64,000 bases of DNA, from contig CM106585.1 in NCBI GenBank assembly GCA_048013815.1, forward strand, positions 434,001 through 498,000, given 5' to 3'. The notes beneath the pieces were generated by a model. The model ran no database searches. It was given only the letters and a program-made list of their open reading frames with translations, and was not told the origin of the DNA. Below are positions 12,959 through 27,332 of this stretch, in pieces; position 1 is the first letter of the stretch; each line of letters opens with the position of its first letter. The position numbers were made by a program, and so were the translations under genes. This DNA comes from Setoptus koraiensis (taxonomy: Eukaryota > Animalia > Arthropoda).

Positions 12959-13427
12959 GAGATTTTTTCTTAGAATGAGATGCCTGATTGATATATGTAT
13001 TTGAGTAAAGCTCATACAACTTAGCATAGACCAAAAGCATCCGTTTTAGCAGAGGGATCGCGCGCAAATTTTACTATACGACAAATAAAAATAAGACAGA
13101 AAAAAACTATTGAACTCGGTCTCTAGCTCTCTTTATCCCTCTTGAAGTCACCGCCGGTGATTAGGCCCATACTGATTTGGGCCACTAATGGCATATGCAT
13201 TAAATTGTCGTTAGACCAGTATCGTAAGAAGAACAAATTTGATACATTGATACAAGCATGTATGAGGAACCCGGTTTATTGATGTTTACAAATGAAGTTA
13301 ATCAATCGAAACACACACACATACACAAACGCGCCTACACTGCTAATGAAACCTGTGAACCAATTTAGAAATGCAAGCTAAGTCCGCAGCCAAGTCCAAA
13401 CTTTCAATTAACATAGTCATTGGTTCT

Positions 13428-14642
13428 CTATTGTATCTCTCTTGGTGATATGTCGCGTTCGCTGTTGAAATACTTCGGCACGTGATTCGATCTAGATTGT
13501 GCAAACGAGGTTGTTGCCGGCTGCCAGAACGCCATGTTGGAGTTCATACTCCCTGTGCTGATTGGAACATTGAGTTTTTTTGTTGCTACTCGTGTTCCGA
13601 CGAGGAAAAAAGGAAATAAGTGTGACACTACATTTGTCGCCCATTTTATGATGCACAATACTGGTACTGCAAGAGTGGTGGCCCAGTTCTTTGTTGGAGT
13701 GAAACCGCCATCACAGGGAGAATTGGCACGCGCAATGCCCACATCAACATCACCATCTACATTAGGCATCTGACAAATGGAGTGAATTCCGTTAAATCTC
13801 TCCTGCTCTTTCTCTTGAGATTATCATTTGATCAAAAATATGCCAGCACTTTCTTGATTGAGTATCGCGTGTTGCTGTGTAAGAGCTAATCGTGGGCACA
13901 TCACACGCGCCGATTGAGATGTAAGCTAAGTCGTACCGTTTGAGGATGCCACATCGGAAATCGGTGGGCTCTCATGCTCTTTCATGTTAGAAACCAAGAT
14001 TGAAGGGAAAGAGGGAGGGAGAGACAGACAGACAGAGAGAGAGAGAGAGAGAGAGAGAGCGCGCCAATAGCGGTCGAGCCAAGCAAAAGAACGAGCACAT
14101 CCAGCAGACAACAAATTGTCATTGATGGCTAATCTTCTAGCATGGAAAGAGAATTCTCTAAGGTAAACCTCCGCAACCGATTACCACATCCCTGGTACAG
14201 TCTATCCGGATAAAACTGTGGCGGGCGCACGATGCGACATATACATGTCGATGAGGGCTATATGGGACCAATTAGTTGTAGATGCGGCTGAGGCGTGACA
14301 TAGCGAGTCGCCAGTCTGTTGGCGCGCAGGATGCTCCTTGTCTGTGTTAATTATACACGCACTCACATATGTGACAATGATTTATTTATTCTGTTTGTTG
14401 CACTGTGCATGTTTGTTGAATATAGCGAGAAATGGGGGCCAGAAACAAAAGATGATGGATGATACAAATATATTAGGTGGTTTAAAGTAAATATCGCCCG
14501 GCCGCCCGCCAGCCAGTTATGTAACATCTAATTGTTACCTGGTGGTTGTCGTTGCTTGCATCAGTGCGTGCGTGAACAATATGCCAATGACCCGGCTCCG
14601 GTGACAACGATGGCCCACTTTGGAGTGCGGTAAACCCCGGAC
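13428..14642 (-). CDS. Candidate last two exons of an unidentified minus-strand gene
   Basis: Exon 14539-14642 has a polypyrimidine-CAG acceptor and a GTAAC donor, is 104 bp and is open in one phase. It joins in phase 0 to 13428-13769 (acceptor TTTGTCAG before ATG, 113 codons with a hydrophobic TTLAVPVLCII segment). I recognise no homolog and could not resolve upstream exons. Confidence 0.3.
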
Positions 14643-16593
14643 CTGAACAGAAAAAAGCACAGTGGCAACACAACTGTTCTGCTCAAGATGCGCACCGGCT
14701 GTCGGAACTTCCTGGCGATGTTAGGTGGCCAACACGTGCGGGTTCCCTTGTCGCTACCAGTGCGTGTGCGTGTGTGCGTATGTCCAGTAAATCCACTTAT
14801 TGTGATGATCAAATCAAAATCAATGAAGCCAACGAAGCCAATGCACAAGAATAGGATGATGACCTGATAATCTAATCCGTGACCAACGGAAGTGGATAAT
14901 CGATTAGCTCAGTGGCACTGCCATTATTGACAATGTAAATGGCGCCCGACCAAGAGCGCCGGCAATGATGGCGAATCAGTTTGATTTAAATGGCGCGTAC
15001 GCGCAAATTATCCAAGATTCGTGACCAATCCCATTCAAACCTATAAAGGAACTATCACAATGATTCGCGCGACAACAAGCAAACACAACAGAATATATGT
15101 ATGTCTAGATATAGGTCACGCAACATGTATTCACCTAACAACTAACGGCTCAAACATTGGAAAACACTGCAATAGGTTTAGTTTGTAAAAGAGAGACACC
15201 AAGAATCAATTCAAGTGGAAGAATAGATAATAAACAATTGTCAATGTTACTGCCATGGATATTATGTAACCAGCCAAACAGTCTTGAAAGCTCGTTGAAT
15301 TGGAAACTACTATTATTAATACTACTTGATGCTGTCTAGTCAACATGGACGATTTGAATGCAAATCAAGTCGAGATCTCAATTCACAATTGTTGTACGTC
15401 AATTGTGTTGTGTTTGACACATAACAAAAGATTCTGATAACAATCTCTCTTTGGCTCTGTTAACAAATGTTACTTTTTCAAGTATATGTGTTTTATTTAT
15501 TTAGTTTAGGCACACCAGTGAGCATCACAACAAATAAAAATCGGCTATGTATCGGCGACCAGACATTGTATGTGTGTGTGTGTGTGTGTCTAGATGATCC
15601 GACTAAGCGTCTTGGAATGAGCTAGTTGTTATCAAATTGTTGTTGAACCAGACAAACGGGTTCTTTTGTCTGTCCTAGTGCTATTGATAACTTGAGTGTC
15701 GACAGTAGCCGTGATTTTGTCAAGTCATATTCGTAGTTAGCTTGCCGTTTGCGCTGATAGACACATTTTGTTTATGACTAGAATCTAGCCAAATAGATTG
15801 AAATCAATACTACAACAATGTCACTTGGTCAGATTGATTTCGCTTCTCAATACCCTCAATACTCTCAAGTGTCTCTAATCTGCAAAATTGTCTCTATTTT
15901 GAGGCGCCTCATGATTCCCGGGTGATTTGACTCACAGCAACAGTGTATTGTTGTTGGAATGCAATTTCATCATGTGTCGTCGATCAGCCGAAAACACTGT
16001 CGATTCTGTAGCAATATAAACAAGTTGTCAAATTATTTATAGACGACAACTTGTGATGGCTGGCTACAGCGGCGGTCATGGCCACCCATCGAAACATGCC
16101 CATTGGTATCAACTGACTAGGAGATGCCTGAATGGCAAATGAGTAACAACAAGCCTACCAGAAGTAGGCTTTGATGTCAACAGTGTGACACAGTGTACCA
16201 ACTGACTCATCGACCATCGTCTGTATTTATGTAGAAGTAACTGGATGGTGGCAGGATACGGGAATATGTATTTTCAACAAAAAGTCATTCATTCTCGGAT
16301 TCCCTCTGTATTCATCTAGTTCTCTTAGGGAGCCGAATGAAGTCAATTGGGTGAATGGCGCTAGTTAAAATGATTTCTCTCCCTCTTCATGCTATTCTGT
16401 GTACTACGTGTGGCCCGATGCAATCAACGAGGTCCGTCTATGCTCGTATAGTTTATACCCTCATATGGTAGATGTAGTATTATTGTTATTGTTATTACTA
16501 CTATTATTATTATTATTGTGTAGGTTGACAATTTTACTAGCAAGTGCAAATAGTGAACATCTCTGCTTCTGTTATTGTTGTCGGTGCTGCTAC

Positions 16594-16596
<3 letters not shown>

Positions 16597-16660
<64 letters not shown>
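16597..16660. repeat. (TC)32 microsatellite
   Basis: Direct reading; it generates spurious ER and SL repeat ORFs. Confidence 0.97.
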
Positions 16661-16662
<2 letters not shown>

Positions 16663-17364
16663 GCAGCAGTGGCAGCAACAGCACCGACAACCAGAACCAA
16701 CACCGTACCAGAGCTCTGAATAAATTGACGCCTGATGCATTCTCCTCATTTGAGGACAGGGACCCAGGGTAAACTAGTTGGGTGCGCACAAGTTTAAGTT
16801 GAATGGAAAAAAGCTACGCTAACGGCCAACACAAAAGAGGCGCTGCTTTCTCTTTGCTCTCAGCACAAGACATGACATAACTAGATCATTATCAGCGGGA
16901 CTTGGGCCCGCTACCGAATAGTATTGATTTGAATTCACTCTGGCGTTGTTGTTGTCGCTGTTGAACTAGTTTGAAACTAGCCAATAGGCTAATAATAATG
17001 CAGCCAATATAAAGGCTCAAGTTTGTCCTTCTAAGATGATATTCACAGTTACTACAGTGGCCCTTGCTCGTCCTGAAACAGTGGCACCAGTGACACCATA
17101 GTGAATGAGCAACGCTAGAATATAGATTGATTCATCATTGCAAGTCTGCTCTTTCGCTGAACCATCATGAACCAGCGTGAACCAGCAATGGTGAAACAGG
17201 AGCCAATGCACAGTTGACTATAGTTTGAGGGTTGCAGTAGTTTGCCAATATCCAATAGTTATACAATTGGTAGATGTAGTGTAGAGATAGATGCAACGCT
17301 AAATGTTTGGCCAAATGTGGAGCGTGATTGATGCCACGTCCAGTTTTCGACAGCACCAAACAAC

Positions 17365-17408
17365 ACCAATGCCAATGCCAGCGCCAGTGCCAACGCCAGT
17401 ACCAGCCA
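17365..17408. repeat. Imperfect hexamer repeat (GCCART-like)n
   Basis: accaatgccaatgccagcgccagtgccaacgccagtaccagcc. Confidence 0.8.
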
Positions 17409-20400
17409 AGGAAAGTGAACATCCTCCCCCACTATTGATGTAAAGATTCGAGGATAGGACACACTCATTGACGCTTCCACTGCTGCGTTGCATATAATCT
17501 GGTGCCTCCATTCTGCCATTCCAATCGATATCGTTGTGGATGAATAGGTAAAAGAGGTATTGTTGCGTGCTAGCAACAACAATTATTAACATCTTTTCCC
17601 GCCCGCTCTTTCTCTCTTCCTTTATCTCTTGCTCACACTTCGATAGTGGCCTCCTCTTTGTCTGTGCCTTCATGACATACGAAAAGCCCATTTCGCGACC
17701 AATGCACCCCTCGTTTGACAGGCTAATTATTCATTGATCCGCTCCCACTTGTTACCCTCTTTAGAGCTGTTCCTTCTCTGGTTCACTCATATGGTCCACT
17801 TGCGCTGCACGACCATGAACTGCTAGACGTAATTGTGCTGCTGATCGAACGATAGACAAAAATTGTTAATCTCCATTCATCAGACGGAGATTAGGAGCAA
17901 TCATACGTTCAGTGAGTGTCCACTGGTCTAATCTGTGGCTAAAGTGAGTATCAAAATATTTTGTTTGCCTGTGGTTGACCATTACGCCCCCGACTATTTG
18001 TGGTCTTCATCATATATTGTCGCGTGCAAAACAATCATCGAGGATTAGTCCACCACCACACGTACTCAGATTAAATATGAGGGCAAATTTGTCACTATCT
18101 GCCACTGAATATTCTGAAGCCCGCCATTATCGAAGCCCGATAACTTAAACCGTTCTGTCATCTATACTTCGAGATCTATCTTTACTGATGGGCTCATGAT
18201 TGTGCTTTTAGCATTGCCGTTGCCGCAGCTGCTCTCAGGTGATTGTTTGTACTAGGAAGCTAGGAATGTAAGTGATAATTGTCAGATAAGAATCGCTTTT
18301 GTCCTTTGGAGGCACTTCTGATGCCGCACGTTGCGAGGCGCTTGAGATAAAAGTTACCAAGATCAGATAACAGAGAACTGTGTTGAAAAACGAAACACTT
18401 CTGTTACTTTTTCTTATCTCATACTTTCTTTTCATATATCATTACTTGAAACTTTCAAAACTTGAAAATAGATGCGTGTGATGTGAACCATGAATTACTA
18501 CTGAGGCTAATATATAATATGTGTGTTTGCTGAAATATACGAATGACTCATATACTTCTTACAAGTTGCATCTGTGTAAAGCTCGTCGAATCAACTAAAT
18601 CCATACAACAAGCCAGAGTTCAGCCTTGAATGTCTTGTGTGTAGCGATATAAAAGAAGTTAAAAGCTAAAAGAATAGAAGCAAGAGAAAGAAAGAGGAAA
18701 AGATTAGATTCTAACACGTGTAAAAATACGCTAGTATACCCTGGTTGCTTCTTGCCTCTCTTTAGTTTACTCAAACAGTAACAATCATGATGATGACGAC
18801 CTCTCTGAGCTATTATCTATCAGTGAAATCGCTAATAAATATTGGGCCACCAAAGTTAGTTTAGCTAGCCTGAATGCTGCCGCTAGGTTCGGTACAAGCA
18901 TAGTCCGCCTATGTTTGCCGCTATCGCAAATCTTTGCACCTCTATAGCCTATTCATAACAAAGCTCAGTATATACAGAAGAAGCAACAACAACAGCAACA
19001 ACAAACAAAAAGAAACAAACACTCGAATACAACTGAACGTTACGTAATGTGGACTACTTTATACATCGTCATCTTCAACGCTTTGCAACGAGTCGTTGTT
19101 GTGTTGCCATTACTAATGCTGCCACTATCTACTGTCATTCTGTTGTTGCGATACTAACGGCGCCAGTGGCAGCATAATAACAATGCTTTAATTAGATCTA
19201 CATCCATCATCAGGTATATCATTGTGTGGATGTAGCTCAGAAGCTAAGAGCTTACTAGCACCTATCGATCGATTGTGCGATCGCAGACAGAATGGTTGCG
19301 TAATAGTATTAGCTTAAATGTAATATGGTAGAATAGCGCATAAGTTAGTATTTAGTATTTCACTCAACTTTCATTTTCAGACTTGTTCCAGCCACGCTCT
19401 GGCGATGGTGCTGCTGATGGTGTTAGATCATCGTAGTGTCACGACTCTATCGCCATGATCAACAACCGAATGTACCTCATTCTAGTGCACCGTCATCGAG
19501 TATAAAAGCAGTGATTGCAGTAGTTGATACATTTTCGTTTTAGTTGTCTAGGTTTTGTTGTTGTTGCTGTCATATGCAAATAGCCAATTTCCCCTTCCCC
19601 GCTGCTAATAGCAAATGCTTCGGTAGTCCGATGGTGGGGATATGGTAGTCATCGTTCTCGTCGTTGTCACGATCGACACGACAAACACACATAGCAGAGA
19701 AAGAGGATCCTTACAACTAGAAGTGATGTAGCACGGCAGCTAGTAGCACTCTAACATTTTCGCCCACTGACTCATTGTTACATAATTGATCATCGATTGC
19801 ATTTCGTTAGTTGTAGTTTGGGCTTCTTGTTGTGATAGTTGTCTGATGATGTCGGCGCATTGTTCCAATGACTAAGTCAACATTTATGCAGATGGACTAC
19901 AAGTTTATGACACTGAAATTCACTGCACATCCTCATGCATAGGGCAGTAGTATAGGGTGGCTATGAATGATTAGGCTACCAAGAGCCACTACCGTTAGCC
20001 AGAGATACTATATAGAGATAGTTATATATTTCTCTATGTGCCTCTCAATTAGAATAGTTGTTAGGCCTTCGTGCATTAGAGTTTTCTCTGATTAAACTAA
20101 TCGCACTGCCACCAGCTGTGAGCAACCGGAAAGGATACGTGATGATGCACGTCTCTATGTTTTGTATCTAGTGTAATTGCCTGTGTATACATATGTATAT
20201 ATCTATATATTAAAGTGAGTAGTATTAGAGCACGGATATATCGTTCGGGAGATGGATGTGCGCAAATGAACAAGTGCATTGTTCCGATGAAAACTATCGG
20301 TTATTCCTTCCAACTATGTTGCGGCAACTGTATAACTGTGACCTCAGTGCCTTATTCCTGCTAATTATATGAATCCATTATGAGTGTTCCTCATTCCATA

Positions 20401-23142
20401 TACAAACACACACACTATTCGTACACACAATTTCACCGATTTTCGTCATCCATTTGTTCCTCCACACTACCAATTGTACAAAAGCATAAAAAGCAACAAA
20501 TACAACAAAGCAGCCGAGTCTTTCAGGTGCTATACATTCTAACCAAGTCACATGATTTGGCACTTCCTTTAGAAACTCTATTCTGCTATGTCCTCTTCTT
20601 GTAGCGTAATGGTGGTGGAGAAAATTTCACGCTATTTACAAATGCTGGGTTGCATCACCTGAATGACGGACCCCGAGATATCGCCACTATTCTATTGGCT
20701 GTTTGGCGCCATTCAACATTTGCAAGCAGTGAGTCAGTTTGACGGTGCCTTATATTTCTGAAAATTGTTGCAATCATAGGTTCCAGTTCTTGGACCCCGT
20801 CGCACCTATTCTAGTATATTCTTATTCAGTGGTGGTGCTCTTTCTCTCTTTTATTTTACAAACATTTCTAACCTATTGTCAAGTCTATTGTTCAATGTTA
20901 TGTAACAACCAGTAGGCTACTACTAGCAGAATATTACATCATCACGATAGAGATATCAGAACTGTTTCTTGCTATTCCGGGGCCAATGTCGACCATGTGG
21001 GTGACAACTATTCTAGCGTTGTACACATTTACACTTACAATCAGAATAAGGCGACTTGTTTCCATTAGTTTTCTGCCATACGCCACCCCGATATATCAAT
21101 ACTAAATCATTACAGCCACTCACATAACAGCCAAACTTGGTCCTGTTTTCGGAGTAAATAGATTTATGCAATTGGTTGGAGCGACACAAGTTGAATGCGT
21201 GTCTGCTGTTCACTTGCTATTGGCCAATTGGTTCTCTCTCTCTCTCTACCATACAAAGCCATTATTGTGACTCAGAATATTTCCCCCTCGTCGTTCGTAT
21301 GGCGATGATGATGATCCAATAAAGAGGGACAAAGGGAGAGAGAGAGAGAGAGAGAGAGAGTGATAAAACTACATCTTGTAAGGTGGCAAAACTGACACTT
21401 GCTACTACTCTCCTTTCCTGTTGGACACACTGACATCGTTAACTGATTCGAAAATTCATTGGACTCGTCTGCCCCACCATTGACTCTGTTTGTGCCCACC
21501 CCTGCCACCAATGCAACCCCTGGCAATTTTACGGCTCGTTTATGCCGCTATGGTTGGGCGCCGGAACTCACCGCTAAACATTAGCAGCAACTGATATAAA
21601 CAACGACACTCGGCTGTTATCCATACTATAGTGTATAATGATTGTAATAATAATGTGAAATATTTATGTTGCTCATGTTGGTGATGATGATGTCGGTGCT
21701 GGTGCCTGCACTGGTGAGCGACACAACTTATAATCTCATAATGCGAATTGGCTTACGTTGCTGTCGATCTGCCTCCAGGACTCTTCGGTATATGCATCAT
21801 CCGCATATTGGTGGTGTATGCTAAATCAATCAGAGATGCTAGTTAGTTTCCTACATTATCATAATAATAATAATCAATGAATTTTGTTTAGAGATGTTGT
21901 TGGATTTGTAATAGGTGCACTAGTTGTATGAATATCAACTACGCTGTCTAATATAGAGCCAATTCAACGGTTTTTGATCAGCAAACACACAGCATCACAT
22001 AATGTTCAGCTCATGATGATTATTTAATCTGCGTGCGTATCACTGTGCCGGAAATCAGTTAATTTGTGCCACTAGATTGTATAATTGTTATAGTCGTTAT
22101 CAGTTGCTTATTGCACACTGTTCCCATTATATGCAAGAAGGCGTGCACAAATCTCGATCGAATTGAACATTTATGCTCATCAAATATTCGATCTTTTCTT
22201 TTGAGGAATTGCAAAGAAAATTATATTTATTCTGATTATATAAAATATGTTCAAAGGTATAATTCAGATGGGATAAATTGAAATATTGATAGATAGTTAT
22301 TTATTTAGGCCAATTCGTCTCAAGTCCCGTCAGCCACCCATTCTCATTGACACAAAGCTCCAACGTTCCTATTGTGAGTCCGACATGACAACTGTATATC
22401 TATAACAAGCGCCAGAGGAAGTTGGTAACGAGCGAATAATGACAGTAGAATATTATAATCATAAATAATCATGGATGAAGTCCAGCATCAACCAAATTGC
22501 AGCTAGTCAATGCAAAAGACAACAGGAAGGGATGGAATGGGAATATCATTATTATTATTATTGTTATTGCTTCTACCGAAATCACCACTATGGTTTCATC
22601 ACTGTTTCTGTTGATATTATTATTATGTTATTGTTGCTGTTTGTTTATATGTGTTTTTCACACATAAACACACACATCCACACGCTCACTAGCAAATACC
22701 GGTATATAACGGCAACGTATGTTGTTTTGCTTGCATTGGAGCTGCTATTGTCCAATAAACCACATAATCCCTTTCAATTATGATCACATCATCACACCTA
22801 CATGTGCGCTTCAAATACTTACATCACAATGGATATAAGGATGGCTATGGGATAGGATATTTATCCTGTCCAATCATGGTCGAACGAACACGTAGAGCAA
22901 ACCAGGCAGAAGCTGACAAATTATCAATGTCTGGGCCTGCAAGAGCCATTGAGGTGCCGACGATAAGTACACTACAGTACACTGCGGCGGTGATTTTTGT
23001 TGTTATATCTTATCACCGTTGCACACATCGTGAATGAAAGAGAGAATGCGATCGAACAAACCTCTGAAAGGGAGCAATAACGAACAAAAAGGCCTAAACT
23101 CCTTATTCCTCTTTGTGTCTATCGCCACAACTATCTTCTACC

Positions 23143-23145
<3 letters not shown>

Positions 23146-23179
<34 letters not shown>
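23146..23179. repeat. (TA)17 microsatellite
   Basis: Direct reading. Confidence 0.95.
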
Positions 23180-23182
<3 letters not shown>

Positions 23183-26100
23183 GGTAAAAGATAGTCGGGG
23201 GCCCAAGTACATTGCTTGATCTCTCGATATAATGTTAACCATACGGCCCATTAAGCAAGAGGAGCAATCATATCAGCGTCATCATAATCGGGATAGTTCG
23301 ATAGAAAACAGCATCATGATGAGAGTGCAAAAGGGCCAATTTCTCTATATAAAGCAAGCGAATCTAAGTTGATGATAGCAATGACATCACCACTCGGAGC
23401 ATTGCCACAACTTGTGTTTATTGCCGTTTCTATTTGATATAGAGTGGCGCGCTTTTCTTCTTGTTTAGATGTTTGGCTTATATGGTCGGTATTGTTGTTC
23501 GTAGGTTTATGTCAGTATAGTTTATGTGGGTTTGGCAATAATATTAACTAAGGCCACAAAACTATGAGCAAAAAAACAAAACATGACTCCAAATGTGCCG
23601 AAGAAATCTTAACGAACAGTAAAGAGCACGTTAGCACCTTTGTTTATATCCTAATTTTAATTTTATCACCAGGCATCCCAGTTAGCTTACCTCTATAAAC
23701 AAATTTGTTTATACCTCTATGCTGACCCCATAATTATCTTCAGAGTTTAACATCTAGAGATAAACAGAATCGGAAATGATATCTGCTACTTCATGCTTCA
23801 TGCGCCAGCCAATCTGATATCTTTCATTTGTTACAACGAAACAAACATACATATGGTTCAATACAAGTGCGTGAATTTGTACTGGTTTGTGAGTTGCACG
23901 CGCTAAACAAATCTACTCTAACGACTATAGCTGTAAGGATGTACGACGGACACAATTTATCACTATTTTTCTGAATTAAAAACAACTAGGCGCAAAACAG
24001 ATCCGATGAGTTCCTTGGAAGTACGTGTTCGGATGGAACTAGGGTAAATCTAAGCATATAAAATGGGCGCCAAAATGGACAAAAACTTTTACCAACAGAG
24101 AGCGACAATACAAGAACAGTTTTCATGTATGAACGATGCCAATGCTAGCTGCTGAACAGTTGACACAAGGCTAATGTTATCGCTTACATCACTATAACAT
24201 CCAAACAAGTAACTTACCCGCCGGCCAACTGGCTGTCGTCTACATGCACAGTGTTTTGTATTCAACAACTCACTGCCATGGCAGCGAAGTGCGAGTTGTT
24301 GTTTTCAATCAATCGCAACATGAAATAGGGCGTACGTACGAAAAGACATTAAGCTACATCCAATGAACACAAACAAGTTGTTCGGGACCTTTGGTCAGCG
24401 ACAAACTGACAGCACGAATTTGATGATAAACCAATGGTTAACTACATGTAGAAGAGAATGGTGCAGGCACAAATTTTTCTTCGACGATGGCCGGTATCCA
24501 TCAACTTCGCAGCATTCGATTGGTAGTTGGTAGTTGCTAGTTGAGACTGGTCAACGATACTAATAGTTGGGGAGCATCTCACTAGTAGAGCATAGAAAGT
24601 TGCGTGGATGTGAGGCGCACTAAAGGTAGAAAATGACGCCATTTACTTCTTATCGGCGATCAACAAACTCATAACTATTTCTATCTCTAATCAACGGAAT
24701 AGGCCTTCGTTTGGGCACTTTTGTCTTTTCCTTCAATGCTATTTCATTTTCTCATTTTCTCTCTCCTTTCTCTGTCCATCCAATTTGTTCGACAATTGAA
24801 CAACAATCGACTGACATGCTTGGCGCCGGATCTGTCACACTATCGGTGTAACCGATAGCATCAATGGCCAATCAAACGTGGCATAGAGGTGATTCAATGC
24901 TTCATTCAGTAAGTGACATAGCCAATTGGTTATCAGAAGCCATATCAGTGGTGGCCACTTCACAAACACCACATACTTACTTTCGGGTAGCCCTTGGAAA
25001 GGAATCACGAATGAATATATTGGGTTAGTAACGGCCATTCCAACTTATTGGGCACAAGCCCAACTGAGGCCGCAAGCAACTTTTGTTCACTTTCAATTTA
25101 CTTTGGGCGCCATCCAGCAGCTTTGAAGCTAAACTCAATCAAACTCTCTTCATTGGAATCAACACACTAATCTAGATCCCGCTAGTACCTAGAAAATTTT
25201 AAGTGACTTTTTGTTGCACGCGTCATAACGCACGCCTCATAAGCTCTCTTGATAGAGCCATTATCATATACTGAGAGGAAGCGAGAGATTATTTACTGGG
25301 AACCAATCGTATGACTCTTCAGACTAGATCGGTGTATCCTTAATAGATTAGCGCGGCAGCGGCTCCATAAGTGAACGAGAAAAAGAAACTCAGAAAAGTC
25401 CAAAGTAAGTTCAACCAACTTATTTTCAAATGTTGTTGATCAATATTGAGAAACTAGTTGTGACATTCTGTAGCTGCCCATACAATTAGCTAGCGACTTA
25501 TGTGTACCAATCAAGAGTAGCAATATAAGAGTTTCTCACCAGTATAAATACAGCTTTCATTTCAATATGAAACAACGATGGAATTCCTGGATCGACTGAA
25601 TTGTAAGCGTTATATAACAAACACACACCGCCTGGAGGAGAACACCATAAAATGTAGGATCGTCATCCATTGTGAATACATACAAACTGTTTCCCTTAAT
25701 TGTATATATAGGTGACAACAACACTGAATTGTGTTTATAGCTTAAAATATCAGCGTTCCTTAACATAGTTTGGTTGTGTAAGAATATGAGAGTGAACATA
25801 GAATGCAATTGGTTACACAGTAAGCTACTCGATGGTAACTTTTGCATGTTCCAACAGGATGACTATTGACAAAAAAAAAATACAGTAGCTAGTTATGTGA
25901 TGTGCAAACTGTTCCATTGGCTGAAACTAGTTGTCAGTATCTGTGCACTTTTTGCTCAAACCGATTTATTGAACTTGGGTAATGAACTCTCATGACGTCG
26001 GGATATATAGCCACCAGATATACCCACTAGGTGTGAGCCTCTACTCTCTGACTACGCTTCAACTATTTAAGTTAGTGAAGATATTTTTCATGTTTTTCGA

Positions 26101-26485
26101 GTAAAGACTGTCTAATGGTTCTTACTTGGTCTGTTTCTCTCAGAAATATTAAGTGTTGTTGTTGTGTTTTACTATATTTTATTTGGGCCGATTGGAGCGA
26201 GGCAGCATCATTTCGAGCAAGCGAAAGATATTCGTTGAGATAATAAAATCTTATAGGACTAGTTGGTTCGCTTTTGGGATGCTGCTGTGAAACACCAGGT
26301 AAAAGCCACAACAAATTGTAAGCAGAATAGTGGCAATGGTACTAGGTTCTGAAAAGCTTACCGGATAAAAGTGGGAAGTCCCATACTTCAATCTGTTTGT
26401 TTTCAGGCCAACAAGGTTAGGCTAAATCCTGCTCTAGTGTTTGTGTCTATAGCACTAGGCATCCAGGCACAGGCGAAGGAATAGA

Positions 26486-26516
<31 letters not shown>

Positions 26517-26932
26517 TCAAAAGTGAAAGTCAAGTATCGACCGTATTTGTCATATAATCATAGCAATTACAGACGGCCAGTTTAATTGTGGCAACAGAAG
26601 CTGCGATGGCAGCACCTAAAGCAGGGAGGTAGTGTTAACTTTTGGTTGGAATCCGCTAAAATGAGTCCAAGGTTGTCACAATAAGTAACAAATTGCAACT
26701 GCTTTCATCCATTACGTTCTGCTGTATACATTCTGCAGCTGTGTCCGTGGCTCCACTGTAATTGTATGGATCGAAGGCACGGGAAAGGGGACCGCTTTTT
26801 GTTTTGTTCGGCCTATCGCCGCTGATTCTATTGCTGAAATTACACACTGCACTACTTGCCGTTAGAATAGATAGACTCAATTGGGGCGCGTATCTCATCT
26901 CAATTGTTTATAGGGGTGCTTTAGTTGTCTAT

Positions 26933-26938
<6 letters not shown>

Positions 26939-26978
<40 letters not shown>
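26939..26978. repeat. (GT)20 microsatellite
   Basis: Direct reading. Confidence 0.95.
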
Positions 26979-26979
<1 letters not shown>

Positions 26980-27280
26980 TCTCTCGCTGTCGGTTGCTCA
27001 GTCTCAATAGTTACAATCAACTTGTCATCTCATGTTGTTGCCGCTGATGATATGAGCCTATGAGAGGCCAAATGAAGCTACTGAGAGAGAGAGAGAGAGA
27101 GCGAGAGAGAGATTGTTGCAGTTGTTGTTGGCGGCGCTGGTGCGACATATTGTGCAACCTGGCGGCGATGACTTGACTTTATCGAGCTCATGTGAGCTAT
27201 GCCTGTGACATGGTTGTAGCCTGGATCGAGCTCAATCTGAGCTGTTGTTTGGTAGTGGTTGTGGTAGTCAATGATATAAC

Positions 27281-27332
27281 CACACACACACACACACACG
27301 CACACACACGCACACACACACACACACACATA
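27281..27332. repeat. Interrupted (CA)n microsatellite
   Basis: Direct reading. Confidence 0.9.
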
